A program made the translations under genes and the position numbers. 64,000 nt of DNA from an uncultured Azospirillaceae bacterium (GTDB taxonomy: Bacteria; Pseudomonadota; Alphaproteobacteria; RF32; CAG-239): the NCBI GenBank assembly GCA_964655915.1, contig CAZZNV010000001.1, positions 102,250 to 166,249 on the forward strand, given 5' to 3'. This document shows, one piece after another, positions 62,072 to 64,000 of the stretch. Numbering within the stretch: position 1 is the first letter of the stretch; every line of letters begins with the position of its first letter. Under the pieces are notes generated by a model, which was given only the letters and a program-made list of their open reading frames with translations, was not told the DNA's origin and searched no databases.

Positions 62072-62581
62072 TTATCTTTTACATTTGTTGGTTATGGCTC
62101 GATAAGCACTGCTAAAACCAGCCAGCGAATAAGTATCTTTTGTTTGCGTTCCCTTACTGGAGGTTCCGTGAACAACCATTCTGGAGCCCCGCTTCATAGC
62201 CTCAACAATCTCTTTATCAACTTTTTCGCTTACAGACCATGCTTTATCACCATTGGTAAACATTCTATCAAATGTTTTTGCGCCTATTTTTACAACAAAT
62301 TTCGAATCGGATTTAAATGTGTAGCCTGCATTAAAATTAACGACGTCGTAGCTTTTTTCTGCCGGACGATGTGTAATTACGGCATAAATATCTCCGCGTC
62401 GAGTATACTTTCCTTCATCTTTTTTAGGGGTGGATGCCATGTAGCAAACGGGCCCCGCCTTATCTCTGTAATAATAAGCAACCCAGTCGTCATATTCTCC
62501 AATCATTTGCGGCGCTTCGGCAAACGCTTCCGGAATGCGGCACAAAACAGCTAATCCCAGCAAAAATATAATTTTTTTCAT
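62072..62581 (-). CDS. ialB: Invasion-associated locus B (IalB) family periplasmic protein
   Basis: 169 aa with a signal peptide and an IalB-family core (…DDWVAYYYRDKAGPVCYMAS…). It lies 4 nt upstream of rlmN. Confidence 0.75.
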   Translation of the reverse strand: MKKIIFLLGLAVLCRIPEAFAEAPQMIGEYDDWVAYYYRDKAGPVCYMASTPKKDEGKYTRRGDIYAVITHRPAEKSYDVVNFNAGYTFKSDSKFVVKIGAKTFDRMFTNGDKAWSVSEKVDKEIVEAMKRGSRMVVHGTSSKGTQTKDTYSLAGFSSAYRAITNKCKR

Positions 62582-62640
62582 ACTTTTCTACCCACATCTA
62601 GTTGATTTTGAAATAATAGTAATTGCAAAATATATAAAAA

Positions 62641-63918
62641 ATGTTAACTTCAAGAAAAAATTTTAAGGCAACAGTTATGATGAGAGACAACTTTCTGGAT
62701 GTTTCAAAACTGTCCGGAAATAAGGATATTTTCAAAATATTTAAATTGGTTGAGCGGCACGGCGGGGTCGTTCGCTTTGTTGGCGGTGCCGTTCGCGATG
62801 CTCTAAAGGGAATTAAGGGGTTTGACCTCGACTTGGCGACTGATTTATCTCCTGATGAATTGGTTGAAGCTTGTCAGGAAGAGGGTATTCGCACAATTCC
62901 TATCGGAATTAAGTATGGTACTGTCGGTGTTATTATTAACGACACCGTTTTGGAAGTGACCTCTTTACGCAAAGACATTAAGACAGACGGACGCCATGCG
63001 GAAGTTGAGTTTACCGACAATTGGGAAGAAGACGCTTCAAGGCGCGATCTGACAATAAATGCCGTCTATGCCGACGAAAAAGGCAATGTTTTCGATTATT
63101 ATAACGGAATTGAGGATTTGGAAAAAGGGCGAGTTCGTTTTATAGGTTCTCCCTCTCAGCGGATTAGAGAAGATTATTTGCGAATTTTACGGTTTTTCCG
63201 TTTTTATTCTATTTTTGGGGTTGGAGATATTGACCGAAAGGCTCTTCAGGCTTGTGTAGATAACCGCGAAGGTCTTAAAACCTTGTCTATGGAAAGAATT
63301 CGCGACGAAATGTTCAAAATCCTTTTAACCCCGAATGCGGCTAAAACTTTACAAATTATGATGGATAATGGCATTTTAAGTTATATTATGCCTGACCCTA
63401 AGCACTTGGATAAGCTAAACTTTTTATCGCAGCTGGTTGAAAAAGAGCGTATTGCTCACGATGCGTTACGGCGACTTTTCCTTATTTATCAGCCTGATGT
63501 GGCTTTGGCAAAAAACTTATCTTTGCGTCTGCGTTTGAGCAAAAAACAGAAAAATTTATTTATTGATTTGGCGCAATATTCCGCTTCCTTAGGTGATTTT
63601 TATGATGAAAAGAAGTTACTGCGTTTGGCGTATTTGCACGGAAAAGATTTTTGCGCGGAAAAGCTTTTGCTTTTACTGGCTGAAACACAGCAAAGTGTTC
63701 CTAATTTGGCTGAAAAAATTGAGAATATACAACAAACTGAACTTCCCGAATTTCCTTTACACGGAAAAGATTTAATTGACCATGGCATTGCTGACCCTAA
63801 ACAAATCGGGGCAACAATTAAAGAACTTGAAAAGATTTGGCTCGACAGCGGTTTGGTGGCAAAAAAAGATGATTTATTAGATCGGCTTAAAGAGTTTAAT
63901 ATGGCTTGCGGTGAATAA
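62641..63918 (+). CDS. cca: CCA tRNA nucleotidyltransferase / poly(A) polymerase family protein (likely start MMRDNFLDV ~62677)
   Basis: N-terminal nucleotidyltransferase head (…FVGGAVRDALKGIKGFDLDLAT…RRDLTINAVY…). Confidence 0.8.
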   Translation: MLTSRKNFKATVMMRDNFLDVSKLSGNKDIFKIFKLVERHGGVVRFVGGAVRDALKGIKGFDLDLATDLSPDELVEACQEEGIRTIPIGIKYGTVGVIINDTVLEVTSLRKDIKTDGRHAEVEFTDNWEEDASRRDLTINAVYADEKGNVFDYYNGIEDLEKGRVRFIGSPSQRIREDYLRILRFFRFYSIFGVGDIDRKALQACVDNREGLKTLSMERIRDEMFKILLTPNAAKTLQIMMDNGILSYIMPDPKHLDKLNFLSQLVEKERIAHDALRRLFLIYQPDVALAKNLSLRLRLSKKQKNLFIDLAQYSASLGDFYDEKKLLRLAYLHGKDFCAEKLLLLLAETQQSVPNLAEKIENIQQTELPEFPLHGKDLIDHGIADPKQIGATIKELEKIWLDSGLVAKKDDLLDRLKEFNMACGE

Positions 63919-63923
63919 AACTA

Positions 63924-63952
63924 TTGACAAAGCACAAACTATTTTTTATAGT
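63924..63952 (+). promoter_or_regulatory. Consensus sigma70 promoter for tRNA-Ala
   Basis: TTGACA-N17-TATAGT ends ~12 nt before the mature tRNA 5' end. Confidence 0.5.
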
Positions 63953-63964
63953 CTGCTCGTCTTC

Positions 63965-64000
63965 GGGGTTGTAGCTCAGTTGGGAGAGCGCTTGAATGGC
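63965..64000 (+). tRNA. tRNA-Ala (anticodon GGC), 5' portion only (continues past window end)
   Basis: GGGGTTGTAGCTCAGTTGGGAGAGCGCTTGAATGGC has an acceptor/D-arm typical of tRNA-Ala and an anticodon loop …TTGAATGGC…. Confidence 0.7.

Noticed and set aside
61862-62554. 230-aa + strand ORF
   Set aside because: Antisense across rlmN and ialB, both of which have strong family signatures.

Overview
A 64-kb chromosomal segment from an AT-rich alphaproteobacterium, most likely Rhizobiales. Supporting signatures: IalB, a Rhizobiales-type porin, EIIA-Man/HPr PTS regulatory proteins, a CcrM-like beta-class DNA methyltransferase, and the rpsT-dnaA-dnaN-recF order. It is mostly core housekeeping. Identified genes are yejAB, accA, rmuC, ihfB-lapA-accD, tsaB, mutM, rpsT, dnaA, dnaN, recF, gyrB, polA, gpmI, ctpA, rppH, rlmN, cca and a partial tRNA-Ala. 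I saw no integrase, transposase, CRISPR or phage genes. Lineage-specific material sits between the core genes. The most unusual items: (1) RppH (Bartonella IalA homologue) carries a ~190-aa C-terminal extension, and a free-standing paralogue of that extension with its own promoter follows immediately. (2) A 300-bp gene-free convergent spacer between a metzincin-like gene and polA holds about ten GANTC sites, four of them as GGATTCG/CGAATCC. (3) An orphan CcrM-like methyltransferase lies directly behind HPr in an apparent hyp-EIIA-HPr-MTase operon, and HprK is missing. (4) Iteron-like 29-bp direct repeats with DnaA-box-like cores sit upstream of dnaA. (5) Two small ORFs of 55 aa, one in an ATGA overlap with an ABC exporter and one Ser/Cys-rich, are not in the ORF track. 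(6) Several large, highly charged proteins lack signal peptides, including a HExxH metzincin-like protein and a frameshifted gene at the window start. Coordinates of small motifs are hand-counted and may be off by a base or two; CDS coordinates follow the supplied ORF track.
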